Assembly (NCBI GenBank): GCA_017646805.1
Contig: JAGCLW010000053.1
Coordinates: forward strand, 22,088 to 86,087
DNA length: 64,000 nucleotides
Reading direction: 5' to 3'
From: Paludibacteraceae bacterium
GTDB taxonomy: Bacteria > Bacteroidota > Bacteroidia > Bacteroidales > Paludibacteraceae
The notes beneath the pieces were generated by a model. That model saw only the letters and a program-made list of their open reading frames with translations, was not told where the DNA came from and made no database searches. The position numbers were made by a program, and so were the translations under genes. Positions 20,274 through 29,769 of this stretch are shown in pieces; the stretch's first letter is position 1, and each line of letters starts with the position of its first letter.

Positions 20274-21335
20274 ATGGATTTTAAAATTGCAGTATTACCG
20301 GGCGACGGAATAGGTCCGGAGATTAGCGTACAAGGTGTTGCCGTAATGGACGCTATTTGTGAAAAATTTGGGCATAAAGTATCTTACACTCACGCATTAT
20401 GCGGAGCCGATGCCATCGACAAAGTTGGAGACCCATTTCCAGAAGAAACATTCAAAGCATGTATGGAAGCCGATGCAGTATTATTCTCTGCCGTAGGAGA
20501 TCCAAAATTCGACAACAACCCAACAGCAAAAGTTCGCCCAGAACAAGGACTTTTAGCTATGCGAAAAAAACTTGGATTATTTGCCAACATTCGTCCGGTA
20601 GAAACATTTGATTGCTTAGTTCATAAATCACCACTAAAAGACGAACTCGTACGCGGAGCCGATTTTATTTGTATCCGTGAATTAACCGGAGGAATGTATT
20701 TTGGAGAAAAATACCAAGACGATGAAAAAGCGTATGACACAAACGCTTACACTCGCGGAGAAATCGAACGAATCTTAAAAGTTGCTTATGAATACGCACG
20801 CAAACGCAACAAACACCTAACCGTTGTTGACAAAGCAAACGTATTGGCTTCAAGTCGTCTTTGGAGAAAAGTGGCACAAGAAATGGCACCAAATTATCCA
20901 GACGTAACAACAGACTACATGTATGTAGACAACGCCGCAATGCGTATGATTCAAGAACCAAAATTCTTTGACGTAATGGTTACCGAAAACACCTTCGGAG
21001 ATATTCTTACCGACGAAGGATCTTGCATCACCGGCTCAATGGGATTGCTTCCTTCTGCATCAACAGGCGAACACACACCCGTATTTGAACCAATTCATGG
21101 ATCTTGGCCACAAGCAAAAGGTTTGAACATCGCCAATCCTTTGGCTCAAATACTTTCTGTCGCAATGTTGTTTGAATATTTTGATCTAAAAGAAGAAGGA
21201 CAACTCATTCGTAAAGCAGTAAATGCTTCGCTTGACGCCAATGTTCGCACTCCGGAAATTCAAGTAGAAGGCGGAGAAAAATATGGCACAAAAGAAGTTG
21301 GAGCATGGATTGTAAACTATATCAAAAATGCTTAA
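20274..21335 (+). CDS. leuB: 3-isopropylmalate dehydrogenase
   Basis: Begins [13 protein letters not shown] and carries the [12 protein letters not shown] and [10 protein letters not shown] motifs. Confidence 0.95.
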   Translation: MDFKIAVLPGDGIGPEISVQGVAVMDAICEKFGHKVSYTHALCGADAIDKVGDPFPEETFKACMEADAVLFSAVGDPKFDNNPTAKVRPEQGLLAMRKKLGLFANIRPVETFDCLVHKSPLKDELVRGADFICIRELTGGMYFGEKYQDDEKAYDTNAYTRGEIERILKVAYEYARKRNKHLTVVDKANVLASSRLWRKVAQEMAPNYPDVTTDYMYVDNAAMRMIQEPKFFDVMVTENTFGDILTDEGSCITGSMGLLPSASTGEHTPVFEPIHGSWPQAKGLNIANPLAQILSVAMLFEYFDLKEEGQLIRKAVNASLDANVRTPEIQVEGGEKYGTKEVGAWIVNYIKNA

Positions 21336-21368
21336 TACAACTCAAAAAAATAAGAATAAAAACAAAAA

Positions 21369-21398
21369 AGTTCGGGGAAAATTCTCCGGACTTTTTTG
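21369..21398 (+). terminator. Rho-independent terminator after leuB
   Basis: Stem agttcgg/ccggact with one wobble pair, followed by tttttt. Confidence 0.55.
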
Positions 21399-21443
21399 TT
21401 GAAATAAAAAAACATTTTTATTGTTCAAACAAAAAATAAATAG

Positions 21444-21451
21444 TATCTTTG
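21444..21451 (+). promoter_or_regulatory. -7 promoter box TATCTTTG (tRNA-Lys unit)
   Basis: Exact match 54 nt upstream of the tRNA-Lys 5' end. Confidence 0.6.
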
Positions 21452-21504
21452 CAACGCAAATTTAGAAATGAGAGTTAATCCTTAACTCAAATCGGAAACG
21501 CAAC

Positions 21505-21577
21505 GAATCGCTAGCTCAGCTGGTAGAGCAACAGACTCTTAATCTGTGGGTCCAGGGTTCGATCCCCTGGCGGTTCA
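21505..21577 (+). tRNA. tRNA-Lys (CTT)
   Basis: Cloverleaf GAATCGC-TA-GCTCAGCTGGTAGAGC-A-ACAGA-CTCTTAA-TCTGT-GGGTC-CAGGGTTCGATCCCCTG-GCGGTTC-A. CCA is not encoded. Confidence 0.92.
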
Positions 21578-21584
21578 CAAAAAA

Positions 21585-21620
21585 AAGGAAGGATTTCAAA
21601 ATCGGAATTCTTCCTTTTTT
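21585..21620 (+). terminator. Rho-independent terminator immediately after tRNA-Lys
   Basis: 12-bp stem (aggaaggatttc/ggaattcttcct, two G-U pairs), followed by tttttt. Confidence 0.75.
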
Positions 21621-21641
21621 GTTACAAATCATACGTTACAC

Positions 21642-23072
21642 ATGAAAGAATTAGTTCAGCTTTATAAAAAAACATTTCATACCGAACCAACAAAAATAGA
21701 AAAACTTAAAGGTGCGGGATCAAATCGTGTGTATTACCGATTATTTGGACAAAGTCAATCTGTCATCGGAGTTGTCGGCGAAAGCCTGACCGAAAATGAG
21801 TCATTCATTTATTTGGCTCAACATTTTGAAAAACAAAAACTTAACACGCCAATTCTATTCAGTGTAAGCGACGACAAAAAACGTTATTTGCAAGAAGATC
21901 TCGGAGATACATCTTTGTTTGACTATATTCGACAAGGAAGAGAAAGCGGTTCTTTTTCAGAAAAAGAACTAAAAATTCTTGAAAAAACAATTCGACAACT
22001 TGCTCATTTTCAACACAAAGCAGCAGAAAATTTAGATTTTTCAAATTGTTATCCACAAGCAGAATTTGATTCAAGAACAATCTTTTGGGATCTCAACTAT
22101 TTCAAATATAATTTTCTAAAAACAACCGGACTTGAAATCGACGAACCTGCACTTGAAAATGATTTTGAAAAAATTGCCGATTCATTGTTAAAAGAAAATC
22201 AACACACATTCTTATACAGAGATTTTCAATCTCGAAATGTGATGATTAAAAACGATGAACCTTATTTCATTGATTTTCAGGGAGGAAGACGAGGTCCGAT
22301 TTATTACGATGTTGCATCTTTTTTGTGGCAAGCCAAAGCAAATTTACCCGAAAACATAAAATCGTCACTCATCGATGCATATCTTGACGAACTAAAAATT
22401 TATCAAACAATAAAAAAAGATTTATTCGTTGAAAAACTTCATCTATTCGTTTTCTTCCGAACGCTACAAGTACTTGGAGCTTACGGATTTAGAGGGTATT
22501 TTGAAGGGAAACAACATTTTATAGAAAGCATTCCGTTTGCTATCAAAAATCTAAAAAATTTGCTTGATCAAAACATAAGCAAAGATTATCCTTTTCTCAC
22601 AAAAATACTTTATCAACTTTGCAATCTTCCGCAAATGCAAGAAAAAACATTTTGGAAAGAAACAAACAACCTCACCGTGACAATAAATAGTTTTTCTTTC
22701 AAAAAAGGCTATCCGGAAGACCCGTCGGGAAACGGAGGAGGATACGTATTTGATTGCAGAGGCATGCACAATCCCGGACGCTACGAAGAATACAAAAAAC
22801 TAACAGGAAGAGATCAACCCGTCATTGATTTTCTTGAACGAGAAGGCGAAATTCAACTTTTTTTGCAACACGTTTACAAACTTGCAGATGCTCACATTCA
22901 AAATTATATTCAACGAGGATTTGAACATTTAATGTTTAGTTTCGGCTGTACAGGAGGACAACATCGCAGCGTATATAGTGCAGAACACACGGCTCACTAC
23001 ATCGCAAAAAAATACAATGTAAAAGTCATTTTGCAACATAGAGAACAAAATATTATTGAAAAATTCAATTAA
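21642..23072 (+). CDS. Fusion protein: AmgK-like anomeric amino-sugar kinase (APH fold) plus RapZ C-terminal-like domain
   Basis: I moved the start to ATG 21642 because the track ORF runs through the tRNA. Residues 1-330 carry LYRDFQSRNVMI and IDFQGG kinase motifs. Residues ~343-470 (LTVTINSFSFKKGYP, DCRGMHNPGRY..LTGRDQPVIDFL, FGCTGGQHRSVYSAEH) align motif by motif with the E. coli RapZ C-terminal domain. Confidence 0.7.
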   Translation: MKELVQLYKKTFHTEPTKIEKLKGAGSNRVYYRLFGQSQSVIGVVGESLTENESFIYLAQHFEKQKLNTPILFSVSDDKKRYLQEDLGDTSLFDYIRQGRESGSFSEKELKILEKTIRQLAHFQHKAAENLDFSNCYPQAEFDSRTIFWDLNYFKYNFLKTTGLEIDEPALENDFEKIADSLLKENQHTFLYRDFQSRNVMIKNDEPYFIDFQGGRRGPIYYDVASFLWQAKANLPENIKSSLIDAYLDELKIYQTIKKDLFVEKLHLFVFFRTLQVLGAYGFRGYFEGKQHFIESIPFAIKNLKNLLDQNISKDYPFLTKILYQLCNLPQMQEKTFWKETNNLTVTINSFSFKKGYPEDPSGNGGGYVFDCRGMHNPGRYEEYKKLTGRDQPVIDFLEREGEIQLFLQHVYKLADAHIQNYIQRGFEHLMFSFGCTGGQHRSVYSAEHTAHYIAKKYNVKVILQHREQNIIEKFN

Positions 23073-23096
23073 AACATATATATCAAACAAAATATT

Positions 23097-24569
23097 ATGG
23101 CAAAAGAATTAACATCTCGAGAAGAAAATTATTCTCAATGGTATAACGACCTTGTAATAAAAGCCGATTTAGCAGAAAATTCTGCCGTAAGAGGTTGCAT
23201 GGTTATCAAACCTTATGGCTATGCTATATGGGAAAAAATGCGAGACGAATTGGATCGCATGTTCAAAGAAACCGGTCACGTCAATGCTTATTTTCCTTTA
23301 TTTATTCCAAAATCTTTTTTAAGCAAAGAAGCCGATCATGTGGAAGGATTTGCAAAAGAATGTGCAGTAGTAACACATTATCGACTAAAAAATAATCCGG
23401 AAGGAACAGGTGTTGTTGTTGATCCGGAAGCCAAATTAGAAGAAGAACTCATTGTTCGTCCAACATCAGAAACAATCATTTGGAGTACGTACAAAAATTG
23501 GATTCAAAGTTATCGCGATCTTCCTATTCTTTGCAATCAATGGGCAAACGTTGTTCGTTGGGAAATGCGAACTCGCCTATTCCTTCGCACAGCCGAATTT
23601 CTTTGGCAAGAAGGTCACACTGCTCATGCAACAGAACAAGAAGCGATAGAAGAAGCTCAACGCATGCTCGAAGTCTATGCCGATTTTGCCGAAAATTATA
23701 TGGCCGTTCCTGTCATAAAAGGTGTAAAATCAGCAAACGAACGTTTTGCCGGAGCTTTGGATACTTATTGCATTGAAGCACTAATGCAAGACGGGAAAGC
23801 ACTTCAAGCCGGGACATCTCATTTCCTTGGTCAAAATTTTGCCAAAGCTTTTGATGTTAAATTTGCCAACAAAGAAGGAAAAGAAGAACTCGTTTGGGCA
23901 ACTTCTTGGGGTGTATCAACTCGCTTGATGGGAGCTTTAATCATGAGTCATTCAGACGACAATGGACTCGTTCTGCCTCCAAAATTAGCACCATTTCAAG
24001 TCGTAATTGTACCGATTTACAAAACGGAAGAACAATTAACAATGATAAATGAGAAAGCAAATTCAATCATAAAATCATTAAAATCTCTCGGCATTCGTGT
24101 AAAATACGACAACAATGACACTAAAAAACCGGGTTGGAAATTTGCAGAATATGAACTCAAAGGAGTTCCGGTTCGTTTGGCCATAGGAGCAAGAGACCTT
24201 GAAAATGGAACAATAGAAGTTGCTCGAAGAGATACCCTTTCAAAAGAAACAGTAAGTATTGAAGGTATCGATCAATATATTCTTCATTTATTGGAAGATA
24301 TTCAAAAAAATATTTTCCAAATTGCACTTGAACGCCGAAGAAAATTTACTCGAAAAGTAGATTCTTGGGAAGAATTTAAGACTGAAATCGAAAAAGGAGG
24401 ACTTCTTCTTTGCCATTGGGACGGAACTCCTGAAACAGAAGAAAAAATCAAAGAAGAAACCAAAGCAACCATTCGTTGCATTCCTCTCGATGCAGAAGAA
24501 GAATCAGGAATATGCGTTTATTCAGGAAAACCATCTACACGTCGCGTAGTTTTTGCTCGAGCATATTAA
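23097..24569 (+). CDS. proS: Proline--tRNA ligase (archaeal/eukaryote-like type)
   Basis: 490 aa, beginning [16 protein letters not shown]...[16 protein letters not shown], with a C-terminal zinc-binding-type domain ending ...FARAY. Confidence 0.95.
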   Translation: MAKELTSREENYSQWYNDLVIKADLAENSAVRGCMVIKPYGYAIWEKMRDELDRMFKETGHVNAYFPLFIPKSFLSKEADHVEGFAKECAVVTHYRLKNNPEGTGVVVDPEAKLEEELIVRPTSETIIWSTYKNWIQSYRDLPILCNQWANVVRWEMRTRLFLRTAEFLWQEGHTAHATEQEAIEEAQRMLEVYADFAENYMAVPVIKGVKSANERFAGALDTYCIEALMQDGKALQAGTSHFLGQNFAKAFDVKFANKEGKEELVWATSWGVSTRLMGALIMSHSDDNGLVLPPKLAPFQVVIVPIYKTEEQLTMINEKANSIIKSLKSLGIRVKYDNNDTKKPGWKFAEYELKGVPVRLAIGARDLENGTIEVARRDTLSKETVSIEGIDQYILHLLEDIQKNIFQIALERRRKFTRKVDSWEEFKTEIEKGGLLLCHWDGTPETEEKIKEETKATIRCIPLDAEEESGICVYSGKPSTRRVVFARAY

Positions 24570-24590
24570 GTTTAACCAACATTTCGTTCT

Positions 24591-25673
24591 ATGGGATTAC
24601 TTTTAAGTTATTTATTTTTAGCTCTTTTCACCTCATTTTTGTGTTCAATTCTTGAAGCAGTTTTACTTTCTACACCAATGTCATTCATTACAATGAAAGT
24701 AAACGAAAACGCAAGAGGTGCAAAACGACTCAAAAACTACAAACAAGATACCGACAAACCAATTTCAGCAATTCTTTCGCTTAATACAATTGCTCACACT
24801 GTAGGTGCGGCAGGAGTTGGATCAGAAGCAGTTAGATTATGGGGAGATGAAATCTTTGGTCTTGTATCTACGATTCTCACAATTCTCATTTTGGTTTTCA
24901 CCGAAATTATACCAAAAACATTAGGCACACGCTATTGGCGATCTTTTGCACTCTCAATCGTTCCTATCATTCGATTCATGATTATCCTCACATATCCAAT
25001 AGGATTATTATCAAAAGGAATCACAAAAATCTTTTCCGGGAAACAACAATCTGCTTCTGTCAGCAAAGAAGAAGTTTCGGCTATGGTTGATGTCGGAGAA
25101 GAAGAAGGAATTTTTGACAAAGAAGAAAGCAAAATGCTTCAAAGTATGATAAAAATATCGGCTGTCAAAGCAGAAGACGTCATGACTCCGAGCGTAGTTG
25201 TAGAATGTGCTCATAAAGACATGACAACCAAAGAATTTTATGCCGAAAAAGCATTCCGAACATATTCGAGAATTCCAATCTATAGTACCGATAGCGATTT
25301 TATTGATGGATATGTGTTGAAACAAACCGTTCTCGAAAAATTAGCCGACGACTTTTTTGACCTTCGTCTCGAAGAAATCAAACGTCCTATTCTATCTTTT
25401 GCCGAACAAATTTCAGTCGCAGACATTTTTGACGAAATGATTCGTAAAAAAGAACACATTTCCGTCATCATCGACGAATACGGCTGTATGAGAGGAATTG
25501 TCACATTAGAAGACATTATAGAAACAATGCTCGGACTTGAAATTGTTGACGAAAAAGATACAATTATTGACATGAGAAAATTTGCTCGCGACTTATGGGA
25601 AAGTAAACAAGCAAGCAAACAACCCGTTGAAATCAAAAACAACAATATACCAACAAAAAAAGAACAAGAATAA
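24591..25673 (+). CDS. CNNM/CorC-HlyC-family transporter (DUF21 membrane domain plus CBS pair)
   Basis: Has an N-terminal 4-TM DUF21 domain followed by a CBS pair (VMTPSVVV..., ISVIIDEYGCMRGIVTLEDIIE). Confidence 0.85.
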   Translation: MGLLLSYLFLALFTSFLCSILEAVLLSTPMSFITMKVNENARGAKRLKNYKQDTDKPISAILSLNTIAHTVGAAGVGSEAVRLWGDEIFGLVSTILTILILVFTEIIPKTLGTRYWRSFALSIVPIIRFMIILTYPIGLLSKGITKIFSGKQQSASVSKEEVSAMVDVGEEEGIFDKEESKMLQSMIKISAVKAEDVMTPSVVVECAHKDMTTKEFYAEKAFRTYSRIPIYSTDSDFIDGYVLKQTVLEKLADDFFDLRLEEIKRPILSFAEQISVADIFDEMIRKKEHISVIIDEYGCMRGIVTLEDIIETMLGLEIVDEKDTIIDMRKFARDLWESKQASKQPVEIKNNNIPTKKEQE

Positions 25674-25694
25674 TCTTTTTTAAGAAAAAAAATG

Positions 25695-25702
25695 TATCTT
25701 TG
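25695..25702 (+). promoter_or_regulatory. -7 promoter box TATCTTTG (rplS)
   Basis: Exact match 88 nt upstream of the rplS ATG. Confidence 0.6.
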
Positions 25703-25789
25703 CACCCGCAAATTAAATAGCCGCTGACGAAAGAAGTGTGTTTCGTGAATGCTGTTTAATATTTATTAATCATTTTATTTTAACAAAAA

Positions 25790-26155
25790 ATGGATTTAAT
25801 TAAAGTTGCTGAACAAGCATTCGCCACAGAAGAAGTAAAAAACTTCCCAGAATTCAAAAGTGGCGACACCATCACTGTTGCTTATCGTATCAAAGAAGGT
25901 AACAAAGAACGTATCCAACAATATCGCGGTGTAGTTATCCGCATTTCTGGACACGAAGACAAAAAACGTTTTACTGTACGCAAAATGTCTGACAACATTG
26001 GTGTTGAACGTATTTTCCCTCTTAATTCTCCATTTATTGACAGTATTGTCATAAATAAATACGGGAAAGTTCGTCGCTCTAAATTGTATTATCTTCGTTC
26101 TCTTACAGGGAAAAAAGCTCGTATCAAAGAACGAATTGTCAAAAAACAAGCGTAA
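25790..26155 (+). CDS. rplS: 50S ribosomal protein L19
   Basis: The sequence [29 protein letters not shown]...RRSKLYYLR is universal L19. Confidence 0.95.
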   Translation: MDLIKVAEQAFATEEVKNFPEFKSGDTITVAYRIKEGNKERIQQYRGVVIRISGHEDKKRFTVRKMSDNIGVERIFPLNSPFIDSIVINKYGKVRRSKLYYLRSLTGKKARIKERIVKKQA

Positions 26156-26174
26156 TCAAGTATTTGAAAAATCC

Positions 26175-26214
26175 AAAATCGTGTTTGAAAAATTTCAAAC
26201 ACGATTTTTATTTT
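26175..26214 (+). terminator. Rho-independent terminator after rplS
   Basis: 16-bp stem aaaatcgtgtttgaaa/tttcaaacacgatttt, followed by a T-rich tail. Confidence 0.85.
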
Positions 26215-26232
26215 ATAACTAACTATACAAAA

Positions 26233-26895
26233 ATGAAAAAACTTATAATTTTTGATCTTGATGGGACTTTGCTCAACACAATTGACGATATAATGGACGC
26301 AACCAATCAAGCCCTTTCTAAATTAAATTTTCCGACTCACGATGTAAACAAATACAAAATCTTTGTTGGCAACGGGATTGACAAAATGTTTGAACGAGCA
26401 TTACCAAACGGAGAAAAAACAACGGAAAACATTTCCAAAATGAGAGATTTATTTCTTCCTTATTATGCCAAACATGGAAAAGACAAAACCGCTCCTTATC
26501 AAGGAATAAAAGAAACGCTTCTTTCTTTGAAACAAAAAGGAATCAAAATCGCTGTTGCCTCAAATAAATTTCATGAAGGGACATTAGCTGTAATGAACGA
26601 ATACTTCTTTGATATTCCTTTTGATGTTATTTTCGGACTTCGTGACGGACACCAACCGAAACCAAATCCGGGAATCGTATTTGACATTCTTTCCGAATGT
26701 CAGATTTCAAATAAAAATGACGTTCTTTACGTTGGCGATACAAGTATAGATATGCAAACTGCCGCAAATGCAGGAATTGAAAAAATTGCCGTCACTTGGG
26801 GATTTCGTAGTCGAGAAGAACTCTTGTCTTGCCAACCAGAATACATTATTGATCAACCTAAAGAAATCCTTGAAATAATAAAAAAAGCCGAGTAA
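26233..26895 (+). CDS. HAD-superfamily hydrolase, phosphoglycolate-phosphatase-like
   Basis: I placed the start at MKKLIIFDLDGTLLNT (HAD motif I). The VGDTSIDMQTAANAG sequence is motif IV. Confidence 0.85.
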   Translation: MKKLIIFDLDGTLLNTIDDIMDATNQALSKLNFPTHDVNKYKIFVGNGIDKMFERALPNGEKTTENISKMRDLFLPYYAKHGKDKTAPYQGIKETLLSLKQKGIKIAVASNKFHEGTLAVMNEYFFDIPFDVIFGLRDGHQPKPNPGIVFDILSECQISNKNDVLYVGDTSIDMQTAANAGIEKIAVTWGFRSREELLSCQPEYIIDQPKEILEIIKKAE

Positions 26896-26910
26896 AAAAC
26901 TCGGCTTTTT
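26882..26910. terminator. Bidirectional terminator between the HAD gene and asd
   Basis: 12-bp stem aaaaagccgagt/actcggcttttt with a 5-nt loop. It overlaps the HAD stop codon. Confidence 0.85.
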
Positions 26911-26932
26911 CTTTCAAAATCGTAAATATATA

Positions 26933-27943
26933 TTATTTTACTTCTCCCTCTTTTATCAAATATTCTGCAATTTGAACAGCATTGAGAGCGGCACCTTTCT
27001 TGATTTGATCCCCAACACACCAAAAGAATAATCCATTAGGATTTGAAATATCTTCTTTGATACGACCAACATAAACAGGATCTTTTCCTGAAATAAACAA
27101 AGGCATTGGATATTCTTTCTTTTCAGGACAATCTTGCAACACAACTCCTTCTGCTTTTGCAAAAGCTTCTCGTGCTTCTTCTACCGAAATTGGACGCTCC
27201 GTTTCAACCCAAATTGCTTCTGAATGAGCACGAAGAGATGGCACTCGCACACACATTGCACTCACGGCAATATCAGAATGCATAATTTTACGTGTTTCGT
27301 TATACATTTTCATTTCTTCTTTTATATAACCATTATCCATAAACACGTCAATTTGAGGAATCAAGTTGTACGCCAATTGATAAGCAAACTTATCAACCGT
27401 CACTTCTTTTCCTTCAAGAACTTCACGATATTGTTGTTCCAACTCTGCCATAGCTGATGCTCCCGCACCAGAAGCCGCTTGATAAGTAGAAACATGAACT
27501 CGTTTAATGTGAGAAAGTTCTTCAATTGCTTTCAAAGCAACGACCATTTGAATTGTCGTACAATTAGGATTGGCAATAACATTACGAGGACGATTTTTTG
27601 CATCAACAGCATTTACTTCCGGAACAACCAAAGGCACATCTGTGTCCATACGAAATGCTGAAGAATTATCAATCATAATCGCTCCATATTTTGTAATATC
27701 TTTTTCGAACTCTTTCGAAGCACTTGCTCCCGCAGAAGTAAACACAATATCTACACCTTTGAAATCATCTCCGTGCTTTAATTCTTTCACCGTATACGAT
27801 GTTCCTTTAAACTCATACGATGTTCCTGCACTACGAGACGAACCAAACAATAATAATTCGTCAATTGGAAAATTTCTCTCTGCAAGTACACGAAGGAATT
27901 CTTGTCCAACGGCTCCACTTGCACCAACAATTGCTACTTTCAT
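26933..27943 (-). CDS. asd: Aspartate-semialdehyde dehydrogenase
   Basis: Begins [16 protein letters not shown] and contains [12 protein letters not shown] with the active-site Cys. Confidence 0.95.
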   Translation of the reverse strand: MKVAIVGASGAVGQEFLRVLAERNFPIDELLLFGSSRSAGTSYEFKGTSYTVKELKHGDDFKGVDIVFTSAGASASKEFEKDITKYGAIMIDNSSAFRMDTDVPLVVPEVNAVDAKNRPRNVIANPNCTTIQMVVALKAIEELSHIKRVHVSTYQAASGAGASAMAELEQQYREVLEGKEVTVDKFAYQLAYNLIPQIDVFMDNGYIKEEMKMYNETRKIMHSDIAVSAMCVRVPSLRAHSEAIWVETERPISVEEAREAFAKAEGVVLQDCPEKKEYPMPLFISGKDPVYVGRIKEDISNPNGLFFWCVGDQIKKGAALNAVQIAEYLIKEGEVK

Positions 27944-27994
27944 TTTTATATCGTAATTTTTTGATTAAATTATTCTTACTTTCTCGTAAAATAC

Positions 27995-28002
27995 TATCTT
28001 TG
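27995..28002 (+). promoter_or_regulatory. -7 promoter box TATCTTTG (28046-31436 operon)
   Basis: Exact match 44 nt upstream of ATG 28046. Confidence 0.55.
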
Positions 28003-28020
28003 TCATCAAAATTAAAGGTG

Positions 28021-28028
28021 CAAAGTTA
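28021..28028 (-). promoter_or_regulatory. -7 promoter box TAACTTTG (asd)
   Basis: The plus strand reads caaagtta, 78 nt upstream of the asd start. It faces the plus-strand box 19 nt away. Confidence 0.45.
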
Positions 28029-28045
28029 ATCCATTTTTTTTGATT

Positions 28046-29080
28046 ATGAAAACAAGAACAAATACCGAACTCAATTTTTTTTATTTTTTCATTTCTTTCT
28101 CTTTGATTTTAACCTTTAGCATCAATACTTTTGCGACAACAATCGATGAAGATTTTTCAAAAGAAAATGCGTTAGAAAATTTGACTTGGATCGGTACGAC
28201 GGAAAAATTCACACTATACAAAAAAGGAGATTCTCAAGAATTACGAATTGTCGGCGACGAAAATGCTTCTGACTCAGCATATTTGGTAACTTCAACTGAA
28301 ATCCTTGATGAAATCACATGGGAAGCCACATTTCGGACTTCAGCAAGCTTAAGTAAAAATAATTTTTCCACGTTTATTCTACATAGCGAAACCTCTGATA
28401 TTTTTTCCGATGAAAACAAAATGTTATTCGTAAAAGTGGGCGGTTCGGGAAAAGATATTTGTTTATGTTTAGGAAATTGGATTGAATACGAATCTCTTTT
28501 ATGTAGCAACAAAGATTCTATTCCGTTGGATTTCCCACTTAACGTTCGTATTCAAAAAAACAAAGACAACCTTTTTTCTTTGCATGCTCAACGAACCGAA
28601 ATGGAAAATGAATATATTCCTCTTGGAGAAACAGCAATAGATCTTGATTGTGAAAATGAAGGATTTTCTGGTTTTGCGGCAAAATTCACGAAAACAAATT
28701 ACAACAAATTTTATTTCGACAATCTCAAAATTTATAATCCTCAACAACCGGACACAACCACTTTGTACGTAAATCAAATCGAAACTTCTCCCCAAGTGAT
28801 AACACTCAACCAAGATGGCGTTGACGATGAATTTATCATCAAATATCCCGAATCATTCATCGGATTTACGGCTCATATTTCCATTTTCAATTCTTCCGGC
28901 ATTGAAGTTTGCCGTTTGTTAAACAACGAAACGCTAAACGACGACGGATTTCTTCGTTGGAATGGCACCGACAATAATAATCGCATTGTTCCAATCGGAT
29001 TATACATCATTGTTATTGATCTTGTGAATACATCGACAGGCGAACGATTTCAAGACAAAAAAGTTTGTGTAGTAAGTTGA
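28046..29080 (+). CDS. Secreted hypothetical protein with FlgD-Ig-like / CHU_C-like C-terminal beta-sandwich
   Basis: An ATG start (MKTRTN...) is preferred over TTG 28040. Has a signal/TM segment FFYFFISFSLILTFSINTFA. The C-terminus reads LNQDGVDDEFIIKYP..ISIFNSSGIEVCRLL..LRWNGTDNNNRIVPIGLYIIVI. Confidence 0.55.
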   Translation: MKTRTNTELNFFYFFISFSLILTFSINTFATTIDEDFSKENALENLTWIGTTEKFTLYKKGDSQELRIVGDENASDSAYLVTSTEILDEITWEATFRTSASLSKNNFSTFILHSETSDIFSDENKMLFVKVGGSGKDICLCLGNWIEYESLLCSNKDSIPLDFPLNVRIQKNKDNLFSLHAQRTEMENEYIPLGETAIDLDCENEGFSGFAAKFTKTNYNKFYFDNLKIYNPQQPDTTTLYVNQIETSPQVITLNQDGVDDEFIIKYPESFIGFTAHISIFNSSGIEVCRLLNNETLNDDGFLRWNGTDNNNRIVPIGLYIIVIDLVNTSTGERFQDKKVCVVS

Positions 29081-29096
29081 AAATCAACAATAAAAA

Positions 29097-29762
29097 ATGA
29101 AACTATTACTAAATGCCTTGACCAAATTCTTGTCCGGAATCCTTCTCGTCGGAAGTTGTCTGTTTTTTTCCGCAGGAAATTTGAGTTATGCCAACGCATG
29201 GCTTTTAATTGCATTATTGTTTTGTCCAATATTCATACTTGGCGTTTTTCTTTTTTTCAAAAATCCCGAATTACTCAAAAAAAGATTAAACAATAAAGAA
29301 AAAGAAAAAACGCAAAAATACGTAGTTCTCTTTTCCGGAATTTTATTTGTCGGCGGATTCATAATTGCCGGTTTGGATTACCGATTTGGTTGGTCACACA
29401 TTCCAACTTGGCTCACCATAATTGCCTCATTTTCTCTCCTAATTTCATACATTCTTTATGCTGAAGTTTTAAGAGAAAATACGTTTTTATCTCGTACAAT
29501 TGAAGTACAAGAAAACCAAACTGTGATTGATTCTGGATTATATCAAATTGTCCGACATCCGATGTACACATCTACTCTGTTTCTCTTTTTTTCCATTCCC
29601 ATCGTTCTTGGTTCTTGGTGGTCTTTTCTTTGTTTTTTCCCATATTTAATTATCTTGATTGTCAGAATACAAAACGAAGAAAAAATTTTAACTGCCGAAC
29701 TTCAAGGTTATTCCGAATACAAAAAACGAGTAAAATACAGATTGCTACCTTTCATTTGGTAA
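29097..29762 (+). CDS. ICMT/PEMT-family membrane methyltransferase
   Basis: Polytopic membrane protein with VRHPMYTSTLFLFFSIPIVLGSWW and a C-terminal NEEKIL..EL..Y..Y motif. Confidence 0.7.
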   Translation: MKLLLNALTKFLSGILLVGSCLFFSAGNLSYANAWLLIALLFCPIFILGVFLFFKNPELLKKRLNNKEKEKTQKYVVLFSGILFVGGFIIAGLDYRFGWSHIPTWLTIIASFSLLISYILYAEVLRENTFLSRTIEVQENQTVIDSGLYQIVRHPMYTSTLFLFFSIPIVLGSWWSFLCFFPYLIILIVRIQNEEKILTAELQGYSEYKKRVKYRLLPFIW

Positions 29763-29769
29763 TAAAAAA

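Noticed and set aside
21546-21641. The N-terminal 32 codons of the track ORF 21546-23072.
   Set aside because: This stretch runs through the 3' half of tRNA-Lys and its terminator. The family-typical N-terminus begins at ATG 21642.
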